A DNA stretch of 64,000 nt from Octopus vulgaris (taxonomy: Eukaryota). This document shows positions 1 to 12,503 of the stretch, one piece after another. A program made the position numbers and the translations under genes. The stretch lies in NCBI GenBank assembly GCA_951406725.2, contig OX597821.1:45818001-45882000 (forward strand). Reading direction: 5' to 3'. Under the pieces are notes generated by a model, which did not search any database, was not told the DNA's origin, and saw only the letters and a program-made list of their open reading frames with translations. The number at the start of each line of letters is the position of its first letter. Position 1 is the stretch's first letter.

Positions 1-178
1 GTATGTATGTATGTATGTATGAATGTATGTATGTATGTATGTATGTATGTATGTATGTATGTATGTATGAATGAATGTATGTATGTATGTATGTATGTAT
101 GTATGTATGTATGTATGTATGTATGTATGTATGAATGTATGTATGTATGTATGTATGTATGTATGTATGTATGTATGT
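1..178. repeat. (TATG)n microsatellite
   Basis: Direct tetranucleotide run. It produces the spurious MYVC/HTYI ORFs. Similar runs at ~2310-2455, 12324-12400, 15891-15965, 16797-16880, 49330-49540, 50530-50630, 58345-58430, 59398-59455. Confidence 0.98.
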
Positions 179-821
179 TTGTACGCACACATAGATCCAC
201 GCATATTAAAACATATATCAATAAAATATATGAAACATTTCGAAACCAACGGGTTTTTCAGAACCAGAACGTAACTAAAGAAGGCTTGTATTTGCATAAA
301 AAAAATAGCAGCTCAGTTACTTGGTTTAAACTGTTATTGCCTTCCGTAATATTTCTCAATGTTTCGATCAAACAAAGGTCACACTGAATCTTTGATTTAA
401 ATCTCCCGTTTCTGCATGGTTGCGTGCTACATAAATATACCAGGTAATTTTGAATTCGTGGGGACATGTCTCATGCAAGAACCATATGACCTCCGATGAA
501 GTCATAGCGCACTTTCTTCTAGGGTTGAAAAGTGAATGTTTGTGCTTGTAATAACGGTTCTTTTAATGAGAGTTCCGTTGCCTCATTACTTTAAGCCCAT
601 TTCTACTGTCCGATTCAACCTTGACGCTGTATACTATCGACTTTGTAAGGCAGGTACTGTCTGGTGAGCAGTTCTCACGAATTCTTTACTCATTATTTTA
701 AAAAACTTTAAGGAAATATATTATTGAAAAATATTACTTTAAAAACATTAGTTAAATGGGAGCATTTTAAGTAAATTTTTTAAAGAAGACTTTGTATTTT
801 TAGTGAGTACTGTAATTTAAC

Positions 822-1061
822 GTTACTGCTTTAATATCTAACACTTTCACCACTTCAATTTCTATTCATTTATTATTATTATTATTTTTTTGTGTATGTC
901 TCCCAAAAACTTTCGTTGCTTTAGCAACATTATCAATAGATGTCGAATCTGTCTGTTATCGGAGATGTATTCGTTTTGTCTGTTTGAGAATCTGTTGCAT
1001 ACGTGGGTGTGTGCTTGTGTGTGCACGTATGTGTGTGCATATATATATATATGTATGTATG

Positions 1062-1094
<33 letters not shown>

Positions 1095-1390
1095 GTATGT
1101 GTGTACATGTGTATACGTGTATATACATATGTAAGGTATATATGTATTCTGCATATTTGTGTTTGTGCGTGCGCGCGCGAATGCTTGTGTGTGTGTATGT
1201 ATGTATGTATGTATGTATGTATTATGTATGTATGTGTGTGTATGTGTGTATTAGTGTGTACCTCTGCTTCCTTGCGTGTGCGTGTTTGAATTTGTGTGAT
1301 TATGTACACGTGTCTGTTATATATGGATGTGTCTCCATTTGTGTCTTTGAGCGTGTGCAGTGTGTGTGTGTGTGTGTGTAAAGTCATGCG
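822..1390 (-). mobile_element. Penelope-like pseudo-LTR, inverted copy (left arm of a long inverted repeat)
   Basis: Reverse complement of ~2000-2690 in several blocks, e.g. actgctttaatatctaacactttcacc vs ggtgagtgtgttagatattaaggcagt, and gtacctctgcttcc vs ggaagcagaggtatac. Carries a hammerhead-like fold at 902-940. Confidence 0.7.
902..940 (-). ncRNA. Minimal hammerhead-like ribozyme, U3-A8 core variant (decayed stem I)
   Basis: Minus strand: tcta-TTGATAA-T-GTTGC-taaa-GCAAC-GAAA-GTTT-ttgg. Confidence 0.5.
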
Positions 1391-1499
1391 GAGTGTGTGT
1401 GTGTGTGTGTATAGTCATGCGGAGTGTGTGTGTATATATATAGTCATGCGTATGTCAAGTGCCTCCATATTGGTCTTACGAAAATACTATATGCACTAA

Positions 1500-1870
1500 T
1501 GAGAACTGTATGGTATGTAAGATTAACTATCACATTAACCGTAGAACTAGAAATGTAGTCTACGACATAAGGTACATAGAAGGTACTTGTGAGGACAAAA
1601 ATACGGCTTACGTTAGAGAGACATCTAGAAATATAGCAGAGAGAATAAACAGTCATTTGGGGGCAATATGAGGAGAAGAAAGAGTCCTCCATGGTCTATC
1701 AACATGTCGAAGACCAACATGGAGGCACACTGGGCCGACTTGGCATCCGCATTTTATTCAAGTACCAGAAGGATCCATCACTCTGACAAATCCAGGAGTA
1801 CATCCTCATAAACGAAACGTCCCTCGTACTAAATAGGAATTACACGCAGAAGGTAGATATACTCCAATAC
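1500..1870 (+). pseudogene. Penelope-like element GIY-YIG endonuclease, 3' remnant
   Basis: CMVCK..RTRNVVYDIR..C...AYVRETSRNIAERINSH, then after a frameshift QYEEKKESSMVYQHVEDQHGG...DPSL*QIQEYILINE...LNR. This matches the PLE pattern (NVVY.I.C..C...YVGETSR.L.ER..EH). Confidence 0.8.
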
Positions 1871-1999
1871 CTACAAATTATATATAGGTACATTTGGTGA
1901 TAGACAGTCAAGTAGGTAAATATATATGTACGTAAACAGATAGATACATAGGAATGTATGTATGTATAGGTAGGTAGGTATGTAGGTAATAGGGATAGA

Positions 2000-2426
2000 C
2001 AAGCATACATACGTACACACACACACAGAAGGAGACGAAAACACATGACCATATACACACACTTTCCACACACACGCATGCACAGACACTTAGATACATA
2101 TCCATACATAACAAACGCACGTACATAAACACACAAATTCATACAAAGAGACACTCAAACACGCACACCCATGGAAGCAGAGGTATACACACAGATACGT
2201 ACACCCACACATACATACACAAAACCACAAGCACGTGCACACACACGAACACATAAATATGCAGAATACACACATATATACATATGTACATACACACATA
2301 CATATATACATACATACATACATACATACATACTTACATACATACATACATAAATACATACATACATACATACATACATGCATGCATACATACATACATA
2401 CATACATACATACATACATACATACA

Positions 2427-2457
<31 letters not shown>

Positions 2458-2584
2458 GTGCACACACACACGCACGCCAGCGCGCACGCACTCAAGAGAA
2501 TCTCAAACAGACAAAAGGAACGCAATTCCGATAACGGAAATTGACAAGGTTGCAAAAGCAACGAAAAGTTGTTTTTGGAGACGC

Positions 2585-2645
<61 letters not shown>

Positions 2646-2710
2646 GAGTGGAAATTGAACCGGTGAGTGTGTTAGATATTAAGGCAGTATGTCTCTCCCC
2701 AGACACAACA
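2000..2710 (+). mobile_element. Penelope-like pseudo-LTR / 3' region downstream of the GIY-YIG remnant (right arm)
   Basis: Inverted partner of 822-1390. Its 3' end is homologous to the palindrome at 55030-55305 (gagtggaaatt..accggtgagtgt...taaggca...tctccc.agacac). Confidence 0.7.
2535..2578 (+). ncRNA. Minimal hammerhead-like ribozyme, U3-A8 core variant
   Basis: cggaaa-TTGACAA-G-GTTGC-aaaa-GCAAC-GAAA-agttgtttttg. Stem II is perfect; the stem III/I register is degenerate. Confidence 0.5.
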
Positions 2711-3053
2711 AATATATATCAATAAATACATGCATAAATCGACACACACATATAATGAAAATCTCGAGAAATTTTCCACCTGTTAAATTTTATTGAAAAT
2801 AGATACAAAAACGAACTGACATCCTTGTGATTAAACTGTACAGTAAAACTTTTTCCTCGTGTAATGAAATAAGTTTCATTTTTTGAAGGTATTCATAACT
2901 TTTAATTTATGATATTGTCAATTCAAAACTTTGTAAATAGATGTCGTTGACGCTGTTGTTATACTTTTAGTTGTGGATAGCTACAGATTCAAGTGGGAAT
3001 AATATGGGAAGTCATAAGTGAGATATTGTCTATTATCATCATCATCATCATCA

Positions 3054-3130
<77 letters not shown>

Positions 3131-3232
3131 GAGTGAGCAAGCAGAGCATGCCATCAAAGTGACACTGGGGTAAAATATACGAAGCCCAGTATACCCATCA
3201 TGACTACCCGTCTGATAAGGGTACACCAGGCA
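3131..3232. mobile_element. Terminal fragment of the (TAA)n-embedded interspersed repeat
   Basis: Reverse complement of 47415-47517; flanked by (TTA)n on both sides. Confidence 0.75.
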
Positions 3233-3233
3233 C

Positions 3234-3290
<57 letters not shown>

Positions 3291-3307
3291 CACTATTATT
3301 ATTATAA

Positions 3308-3500
3308 AGCGGCAAGCTGGCAGAATTTTTAGCACTCCCCAGAAAATGCAAAGCCTTATTTCGTCCGTCTTTTCGAATTGAGATCAAATTCCGCTGAGGT
3401 CGACTTTAAGTGTCGATAAAATAACTACCAATTGAGCACTGGGGTTGATGAAATGGAATACTCACTCCTCCTAAATTTCAGTGCCTATAATAGAAAGGAT
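3308..3500 (+). mobile_element. tRNA-derived SINE, family A
   Basis: gcggcaagctggcagaat..ttagcac...aaattccgctgaggtcgacttt...gagcactggggt. Further copies at 4497-4695, 22420-22540, 23938-24030, 44260-44342, 45901-46048, 50638-50850. Confidence 0.8.
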
Positions 3501-4021
3501 TAATAATGCTGCTGCTGCTGCTGCTGATGATGATGATTAATTAAATGTTCATATCTAAGCGTAATGGTTATTTTACAATCAACCATGACATCTTAGTGAT
3601 TCGTTGTTGTACAAAAATATTCATTGACGTAAAGAGAAAACTGTGAAATTGGGTTACTCATTTCCTGTACATATATCTATATATTAAAAGAGTCACTTGT
3701 CTGCAATCGGGAAGTCAAACTTTTCATTGGTCCCAGTATCAATGCGACGGACTTGTACAAGCTGTCGAACTCGTCATGAGCGTACAAAGGTGAACACGAA
3801 GAAAATACCTGTCTTGAATACGGAAGGTTCAAATCCTGTCGTAATATTCGATCCCAAGTATTTTACGCAGACATCTCATATGAAACTTGTAAATTTTGTA
3901 ATTTTATAAAGAATATGTAGTATACAATTTGATAGCATGCAGGAATGTCCTGAGAACGCTGGTCTTGTACACCGCGATCTGAGATGTTTTGAACCATTTA
4001 TTCACTTATACTTACTGTTAG

Positions 4022-4090
4022 GTTCCAGAGCTCTGTATCAAAGACGACATTCTGGAAGTGGAATTAAGACTGAAACTATGAAACCTTTAA
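4022..4090 (+). CDS. Candidate upstream exon of the PCGF/BMI1-like gene (contains a possible start ATG at 4078)
   Basis: cttactgttAG|...|GTaggt. Open frame xSRALYQRRHSGSGIKTETMKPL(S) ends in phase 1, compatible with the exon at 10410. Support is splice signals and phase only, with no homology. Confidence 0.25.
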
Positions 4091-4205
4091 GTAGGTTCTA
4101 AATCGAGCAAAGTTTCAGAATGGCGATGATATCCTGTACAAAACTAACCTATAACTATGTGGTTAGCAGCCTCGAAATCTAATTGGACTAGCGCTACCTT
4201 TCAGT

Positions 4206-4256
<51 letters not shown>

Positions 4257-4496
4257 TGTGTATGCGTGCATGGGTGTCTGTATGTATAATGCATGTGAAT
4301 GTGCGTGTACACATGCACACCTGAATATTTCCCCCTCTTTTCAATTTGTATTAGATCAGCAGAAAGCAACCTTAGCCCTGTTATAGGCTACAGAAACAAA
4401 TAAAATTATTGGGCATCCAATATTTAACCTTTAATATGTGTGCTGCTAGTTGCTGCAGGCCGTTTACTTCATTAACTAATATCAAGACAACAGAAG

Positions 4497-4695
4497 GCAG
4501 TAAGCTGGCTGAATCGTTAGCACCGAGGACCAAATGCTTAGCGGCATTTCGGCCATCTTTTCGCCCTGAAATCAAATTTTGACTTTCATCCTTTCAGCGT
4601 CCAATAAACTAAGTGCCAGTTGAGCACTGGGGTCGATGTAATCGACTTACCTCATCCCCTGAACTTGCTGGCCTTGTGTCCAAATTTGAAACCAA
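4497..4695 (+). mobile_element. tRNA-derived SINE, family A
   Basis: ggcagtaagctggctgaatcgttagcac...gactttcatcctttc...gagcactggggtcgatgtaatcgact. Confidence 0.8.
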
Positions 4696-4909
4696 CTTAA
4701 GACAGTAGGTAATTGTTTACAGGTATTCGATCTTGTGAAATCACGAAATTATATGATGCCAGAAATATTTTGTATTCGAAATTTCGAGTCAGTTGTTTAC
4801 TTTTTAATATCGTCTCAGACACACAGCGACTCTTATTTAGCTTTTTAGATGATCTGTGAATATAGGTCAGTTCTGATTATTATTAGAGAGGAAGTATAAT
4901 TAAGAATAA

Positions 4910-4987
<78 letters not shown>

Positions 4988-5037
4988 TGAGATACATATT
5001 GATATAGATCGTTGGCGTTTTTTTCCCTTCGTCTCCT

Positions 5038-5072
5038 GTTTCTGACGAGAAGCTTTTCTCGAAACGTAAGAC
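5038..5072 (+). ncRNA. Minimal type-I hammerhead ribozyme (canonical core) in a PLE-like repeat
   Basis: gttt-CTGACGA-gaagcttttctc-GAAA-CG-TA-agac. Palindromic ACGU stem III, GUA cleavage triplet, imperfect stem II. Confidence 0.55.
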
Positions 5073-5189
5073 TAGCTTTCTTTCCTTCCCTGGGCGTTTG
5101 CTAATACTTTGCATGTACCACATTCTCGCGTTGTTTTATTCTTCTTGTGCTTTTTTTCCGTTTTGGTGGGGAGGGATTAACTATATATA

Positions 5190-5220
<31 letters not shown>

Positions 5221-5387
5221 TATATCGATATATGTTATATATACATATACATATGTATATGTCATATATATATATACATCAATATGTATATTTAACATTA
5301 AACAGTATTACAAACAATTCCAAAAACAGTATATACAAAAAAATGTTAGCGAATTCCATCTTAACAGGAAACATGAATGTTTTAGAT

Positions 5388-5945
5388 CAGGGCTCGGTGA
5401 ACAGGGGTAAATTACCCCAAGTGGGGTAAAAAGAAAATGATTGCGGGTAATGAGGACACGTTAGACATAAGTAAAATTATATGAAAAACGTATTCCTTGT
5501 TACGACAGAAATTTTCCTTTTGTCATGAGGAGGCAGTCAAAGAGTTGCTGTCTTTTGCAACAAACCACCTTTCCGAACAAAGATTTTCGACTCTAATGAA
5601 CATAAAAACAAAGAGTAATCGATTGAAGCCCAAAGACTGTATTGAAATTGCTATGGCATCAACGTGCCCCAATTTTGATGTAATTGTAACAAAAATGAAA
5701 CATCATTTCTCTAAGTGAAAATGTTCCTGGAAAAATCCTTTTGTTTCATAATGAGGATATTTATTTTATCGCATTTGTTTTATACTTTTGATATTTATAA
5801 TTGTATTCTCTATATAGATAGATTCAAAAAACATTTTGAATTCAAAGACTCTCTGAATTTCTTTCTTTCAAACCGAGGGTCTAATGTCAGCATAAATAAA
5901 TATATTGGGGGGGTAAATGGTTAAAAAAAAGTTCCCCAACTCCTG
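5388..5945 (+). mobile_element. Internally deleted hAT (Buster/Charlie-like) DNA transposon
   Basis: Imperfect TIRs CAGGGCTCGGTGAAC / GTTCCCCAACTCCTG; 8-bp TSD ttttagat / ctttagat. ORF 5497-5718 (AVKELLSFATNHLSEQRFSTLMNIKTKSNRL...HHFSK) matches the hAT C-terminal dimerisation motif LLPF.TTYLCE.GFS.L..IKTK.RNRL. Confidence 0.88.
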
Positions 5946-6829
5946 CTTTAGATTATCGTTAAGACAAGGTTTGAGAGCAATTCTCTTCTGGTTGTTGCTT
6001 CGTATTTCATACTCTGTACTACAGCTGGCGCGACAGCGCATGTCTGCATGGGCGTGCCACTGTGTGTATGTGTGTGTGTGTGTGCGTGTGTATTTTATAT
6101 TTCCTCACTATATAATTCTATGTATTTAATGTATCTTTCTTATTGTGTTTGGATCTGCATTTATTGTTTTCTTTTAACTATTTAATTTTGCATTAGGGCG
6201 TTTAAAAAAATTGTCAGTTGATTCAGCATAGAAACTTAATCGACATCAATTTCTTGAAATAAAGAAATGACAGAATTATGAACCACATCGCCATAAACAC
6301 TGTTTTCAATACTCTAAACAACAATTTATCGCGCCGTCTTGAATTTTAAAGAAAGAAAATTAAAGCTGGAATGCCTTTTTCAAGCAAGTGATAGCATACA
6401 TTTGACGCAAAATGAAACTCAAGCTTATATGCTCTATGGCACCCTATTTTTAACATTTTACCGCAAGGATATTAACATAATGATATTGCTTTAATGACGT
6501 TCATAGTAATCACTTGGAAATATAATAAAATGTAAATTAATTATGACTTTTATTAGATTTTTAAACTACGTGACTTATTGTGTAAATGTAAATGAATCGA
6601 TTTCGTTTTTCTGTACGAATACTATTACAATTTAAATGAGATTTCTCAAAAAGAAAACTGTAATGATGAAAACAAGACTTATTGGTCAAAATACAATTTT
6701 CTTTTATTAGAAAGGCACTTCATATTTCTTTGATTTTTGTACACGGAGAAGTTGAGTGCCAGTAAACCTCTTCATTGTAGTCTAGAATTAATTTACTGAC
6801 ACATGAAGCGCTGTCATTTATTTAGCATT

Positions 6830-6880
<51 letters not shown>

Positions 6881-7749
6881 GCGCAGTCACTGAATCTCCA
6901 CACCCAAAAGTTTTTGTATTGCATCACATCCTTGAAATAGTAATTTTTTTTGTACAATATTAAAAAGGAAGAGTGGTGTTTATACTTAATAGACAGGAGA
7001 ACATCATGTTGCGATAATATTCCGTTAGATTACACTATAACTAAAATAGATAAAAATTAAAGCATTATGATCTCTGCAAATATGCCAGCTATATATCCAC
7101 ATGCATAACATAAAGAAAAATGACACTAAGTTTAGTGTCACTACACAGCTGGTATTGTTTTTCATAAGATAGTATCACTGTATTTGAATGTACACGCAAT
7201 TTTGAAAGTTGTAAAGTTAGTAGTAAATTGTTACTTCAAACTCGATCGAATATAGATGAAAGTGTACAAATGTACCATGTTTCTCTAAATGAAGCGCGTT
7301 TAAACTTTTAAAACCAAAGGTCAGTCAATAAGGTTTGAAATTGGCCAACTTCCATTATAACCACTGAATCATATTAAAAATTATTGGTGCATTTCGTTAC
7401 ACAGCAACTTTATTAGTTGAAATTCCTAAGAAAATGACAAAGAATTCAGAAAATTATTCATGTTTAGCTCGTGAAAGATGCAATTAATGTATGAAAGATA
7501 TATTCATAGTGTATTGTTGTCTGGATACAAATTAATATTGTTCTTTTACAAAGCAGCCCTGCGTTATTGTGTGAAAACAGAGGAGACATTATTTTGATAT
7601 ATTTCTGTTACGAACTGGATTTTATTTTGTATGGATTGTCTGTAATAATGTAAAGCTTAGTATATCCCTTACCCACCTGCTTTGGAATACATTCCTTGAT
7701 ACATTAAAAAAAGAAACTACACATACACACACACACACACACACACTCA

Positions 7750-7800
<51 letters not shown>

Positions 7801-8049
7801 ACTCACACACACACACATGCATTCATTCTTTTTTGAAACTTGGATAATGCTAAAGAGTAATACACCAGCGCTCAACTACAGCAACAGCTGTAAGTTAATG
7901 AAGTTCATGATATAAATTTCTTATCCCCTTCTTATATATAAATGTGTTTGTGTGTGCATTATATATTAAATAAATATGGCAGTTTAAGCGCTATTAGAGG
8001 AGTTGTAAATATAAGGGTTCACAATGACATACATACATATATATATATA

Positions 8050-8198
8050 TCTTTTACGCTTTTACTTGTTTCAGTCATTTGACTGTGGCCATGCTGGAGC
8101 ACCACCTTTTAATCGAGAAAATCGACCCCAGGACTTATTCTTTGCAAGCCTAGTATTTATTCTATTCAAGCAATGCTAGGGGGACAAACACAGACACA

Positions 8199-8270
<72 letters not shown>

Positions 8271-8340
8271 CATATATACGACGGGCTTCTTTCAGTTTCC
8301 GTCTACCAAATCCACTCACAAGGCTTTGGTCGGCCCGAGG
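8050..8340 (-). mobile_element. tRNA-derived SINE, family B (head missing)
   Basis: ttttacttgtttcagtcatttgactgtggccatgctggagcacc...acgacgggcttctttcagtttccgtctaccaaatccactcacaaggctttggtcggcccgagg; homologous to 28720-29118. Confidence 0.85.
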
Positions 8341-8359
8341 TATATTTTATATATATATT

Positions 8360-8392
<33 letters not shown>

Positions 8393-8794
8393 CAGGGTAT
8401 TCAGGCTAAATCTGACAGTTTGCATAAAGGGAAAGAAAATACAATATCGTAAATAAAAAATAAAAGCATTTAAAAAAAAAATCAGAAAATGTCAACTAGA
8501 TTATGGCTGGGAGATAGCAGTTTACTCAAAGTAACCCAGCTTCCACTATGGCCTCCAGGTGGCTCCGGAACCTGGCCTATGCGTTCCTCACTGTGTCTTG
8601 AGCTTGCTCACCACCTCGGCTTCAGCGTTGTAGGCAGAGTGGTTGATGTCTTTCTCAGTTGCTCCCCAAACAGTAATCGGGGAAATTAGGAAGCCAGATA
8701 TTGGGGGCTGGTGAAGTCGAAGAAATTTTCCCACAACCACTTCTGACTCTTTCTGGAGGCGTGGCAACGAACCGAATTTTGCTACTACGCACAT
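8393..8794 (-). mobile_element. Tc1/mariner transposase 3' remnant with terminal repeat
   Basis: TA|CAGGGTATTCAG terminus. Frameshifted minus-strand translation WLWENFFDFTSP..DY..WGATEKDINHSAYN...ARFRSHLEAIVEA..GYFE* matches the C-terminus of Tc1/mariner transposases. Confidence 0.75.
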
Positions 8795-8799
8795 GACAA

Positions 8800-9850
8800 A
8801 TCATCTACAATAGATGAAAATTCTATAGAAGACAAACTGCAATACTATATTATTGGAGAAGTTGATGATAACTTAATACAGAAGAAAACAATTGCCATTA
8901 AGCAGAATAGCTCGCAAAATGAATGGTAGGAATGCAGTGGTTGATCGTGTAACCATACTAAATGACAATGTATCAATGTATAGAATAACTAGCTAGTTTT
9001 TACAGGACTGGAGAGCTGTTATGTTGTTTTTGTGGTACAAGGGAAAAGGTACCAAATTAAAGTTTGGTAACTTTCATCGTATTTACCTACCTGTAACTGT
9101 TAGTAAGATTTTCATCAGACTTCAATTGATCTCTCTGCAGATACATGCGCATGAAGGCGAATATAAACTTGAGTATCACAAATGTGATCTTTAATGTCAG
9201 ACAGTTGCAAAAGAAGTGCATTGAGTAGAGAATCCCTCTTTACCAAGTTTTCACTGACGTTACAAGAGCGGATAATACGGAGAAATGCATTGTGGGAAAG
9301 AGAATCTCGGGAAAGTTGGAAAATTGGTATGCTTGCGTTTGCTTGTTAATATTCAACTACATACTGCTATGAAAACCTACTTCAACTCAAATGACGCTCT
9401 ATATCAACCCATATTTATAAACAACTGTGTCGAACAGGGAATATACCTGCGCTAACTTTCAAGTTGCAATTCCTCCTGCATTTAAAAGCTATGATCTAGG
9501 CATCTCTGACCACTATCGCACAACGCGTAAACTGCTTAATCTGAATCGTTTCAAAACTAATTCTAAGATTAATTCCCTAGTTCGTGATTTGTTGTATACT
9601 GACGATTGTGATCTTATAGCTCAGTCGGAAAAGATGGTCAGAAAGTAATTAACCTCCTCTCCAGAGTCTGTACTGAATATGAATTTTCAATAACTTTGAA
9701 TATAAGTGATTTTTATACCTGTTCCAGTAGAGCCATATGTGGAACCAAATATATATATCTACTCTATAAAGTCTGTGCCAAAACCCAGACATGATATAGC
9801 GGATTATATTGTGTACCTTGGTACACACACATCTATAATATCTAGATAAA
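8800..9850 (+). pseudogene. RTE (BovB-like) LINE reverse transcriptase remnant
   Basis: YKGKG...GNFHRIYL..TVSKIFIR; IFNVRQLQKKCIE*RIPLYQVFTDVTRA; YRTTRKLLNLNRFKTNSK...VRDLLYTDDCDLIAQSE (YADD motif region). Multiple stops and frameshifts. Confidence 0.85.
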
Positions 9851-9864
9851 AGCAGACAGATATA

Positions 9865-9975
9865 CAAAGTCTACCCATGAGGCTTTTGTGGACCCGAGAC
9901 TTTAGTAGAAGACACTTGCCCAAGGTGCCGCGCAGTGGGACTGAACCCTGAACCATCTAGTTGGGAAGCAAGCTT
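9865..9975 (-). mobile_element. SINE family B, 5' tRNA-like head
   Basis: agtagaagacacttgcccaaggtgccgcgcagtgggactgaaccctgaaccat...ttgggaagcaagctt; B-box-like GGTTCAGTCCC on the minus strand. Confidence 0.8.
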
Positions 9976-10409
9976 CAAACGTGACTCAAACAGCATTTGG
10001 GTTTTTCTTTTTCTTTTAGTCGACTATATCAACTGTATTACTTATTCCGATATATAATTGTTGGATCAATATATTATAATACATCATGAGATAACATGAG
10101 CTACTTCGAATTTTGAGTTGGTGTAAACGTACACACCACACACACATAAACACACGTACACATGTGCGCGGCTAACACGGACACATATACACATATAAAC
10201 ACGCACGCACTCCATGGGCTTCCGAAAGTTTCCTTTTGACAAGTTTCACTTGCAAAGCGTTGGTCTGTCCAGTAAGCAACCCAGTGAGATTAAACTGAAA
10301 ACAAGTGGTTACGAACAGAATTTCATAATTTATATTCGTCATAGATTAGTTTATACCCTGAATGTAAGTCGTTAAGTCTGTGTGATTATATTTAACTATG
10401 TTTCTACAG

Positions 10410-10455
10410 GTTTACGAGTGATAGAGCTCAAACCTCTCCAGTTTGTTGACTACAG
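10410..10455 (+). CDS. Candidate 46-nt exon of the PCGF/BMI1-like gene (N-terminal extension)
   Basis: tttaactatgtttctacAG|GTTTACG...GACTACAG|GTaaat. Reads xLRVIELKPLQFVDY(R) and ends in phase 2, the phase required by the exon at 29383. Confidence 0.4.
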
Positions 10456-11366
10456 GTAAATCTTCAGTTAGAGGACGTAAGTTAGTTCATTTATTCATTC
10501 TTCAGCAAGCATAGCTTCATCTTAGAATTACATTTTAGAAGTTTCGGAGGCATAGTTCATTATCATTTTTAGTGCATTTTCTTATCCAATTCATTCATAA
10601 CTATCTCTCTTCTTCATTGATGACACGTTGATGCAATTTTTTTTAGGTATCATTTGATCTGATATTGAAAATATTCTCCTTGGAATTAAACTAAACTTGA
10701 CTTATCCGATAGTATAACAAGAATAACGCAACATTAAAAAAATTGAACAAGACATGTTTGGTTGCATTTAGCACAAGACAATGGCTTTAATATTTAATAC
10801 AATAATGCTGTTGAATATTTTTCCATTTAGCTCAATAATATTCGATTGTGAAGCTAAATACAATGTCTGAATAAAAATAACTAAGTTAGCATCTCATTCT
10901 ATTAATTGTTAATTTTGTAATGGCGGATGAAGAAGCTTTATTGCTAATTAAAATCATTTAATATTAGATGAGTAAATCATATTTTGGATATTTCAAAGCA
11001 AAATCCAGGAATAATTATATCGGCATTTCTTTAAAAGAAAACAATAATTATTTCAGTGAATTTGTGCAACAAATACTAGAACAGTTGTTACTTGATTTGT
11101 TTTCTCTTTATTTCAAATGCATGTTTTTGTGCATATTTGTTATTTGTGTGTGTACCTATGATCGCCAGTACACACACTCACACACACATTTTTTTATGTC
11201 TGTGTGTGTATGTGTATATAAGTGTGTATGCAGACACACACACACACACACACACAGACACACACACACACACATATGGGGGAGAGTTCACAAAAAAAAA
11301 AGACGAAGACAAGTGGTGTATAAAACAAACAGATGTATTAGTATAACGCTCGAGAAGTGAAAAAGT

Positions 11367-11402
11367 CTTTAACGTTTCAAACCTACGTTCTTCCACAGAA
11401 AG
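11367..11402 (-). ncRNA. Degenerate minimal hammerhead fold (A6>U) in a PLE-like repeat
   Basis: cttt-CTGTGGA-A-GAAC-gtag-GTTT-GAAA-CG-TT-aaag. Downstream sequence resembles that after the 5038 copy. Confidence 0.4.
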
Positions 11403-11460
11403 GGACACAGAGAGAAAATAAAGAATGTGTAGTGGCTAGCGATCTATCATGGCGATATAT

Positions 11461-11506
<46 letters not shown>

Positions 11507-12440
11507 GCACACACACACAGAGACATACACACACAGTCACACACGCATGTTTATATGTGTACGTGCACGCGTGCGTGGGTGTGAAAAGCTGAGGGCCCTT
11601 GAATCGTAATTCCAAATTTCATATCTTCGATTCTTCTTAGTCACGTCACAAACGGGAAGAACCAACTCTGAGTAACAACTCACTCCAATTCATATGTTAT
11701 ATTAACTTATTTAAAACTATTGTTTCAGGGTTTTCGATTTATTGCAGTTTAAGAATTTGAACCAACAATCACTTGTCTGTTTGTCTGCCTCTCTAGCTAG
11801 CTATCTGTCGCTTTTCTGTATGTCTATATGTGTATCTATCAATTTTTCTATAAACATATGTATGCGTGCATGCATGTATGTAGGCGTAAAGAAATGCTTG
11901 GTACTGGGAGCGTCTCTGTTTATAAGTACTGACTTTATAATCAGTCAAAAATTTGGCTTGTCTCGATCAAGTGTCCGGATATTAGGCTAGTGAAGGCAGG
12001 ACAGGTCATTCATAGAGCATCGAGCCGATAAATGTGAGAGGTTAATAGTTTGCTACTTAATAGCTGTGATATTCTGACAGGACAATCTGTGTCTTGAAGA
12101 GTCTGGAGAAATGTAAAGGCTAATCACCGAAACATTTGATAATAAATTGCTAGAGAAAAAAAATAATGCTGTAAGTTAGAATGTTGGTTAGGATCCCTCT
12201 CCCTTCATCTCCTTCTTTTATCTCACTTGTTCATCTTATTCTCTCCCTCCTTCTCTCTCTCTTTCTCTATCACGCTCACTTCTTTTTATACAAATTGACA
12301 CTAAAACATAATGCATGCACGCATGTATGTATGTATGTATGTATGTATGTATGTATGTATGTATGTATGTATGTATGTATGTATGTATGTATGTATGTTT
12401 GTTTGTATGTATGTATTTCGTATATTTAAATGTACGATAT

Positions 12441-12499
<59 letters not shown>

Positions 12500-12503
<4 letters not shown>

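Noticed and set aside
7-387. MYVC/HTYI/IYIY/poly-N/poly-I ORFs here and throughout the ORF track
   Set aside because: They are translations of (TATG)n, (TA)n, (CA)n and (TAA)n microsatellites, with no domain content or splice context.
1660-1790. In-frame TGA codons in the PLE GIY-YIG remnant as possible selenocysteine recoding
   Set aside because: The first TGA results from a frameshift. The second falls at an expected Arg (DPSLRQI), consistent with CGA>TGA decay. Neither is at a Cys position.
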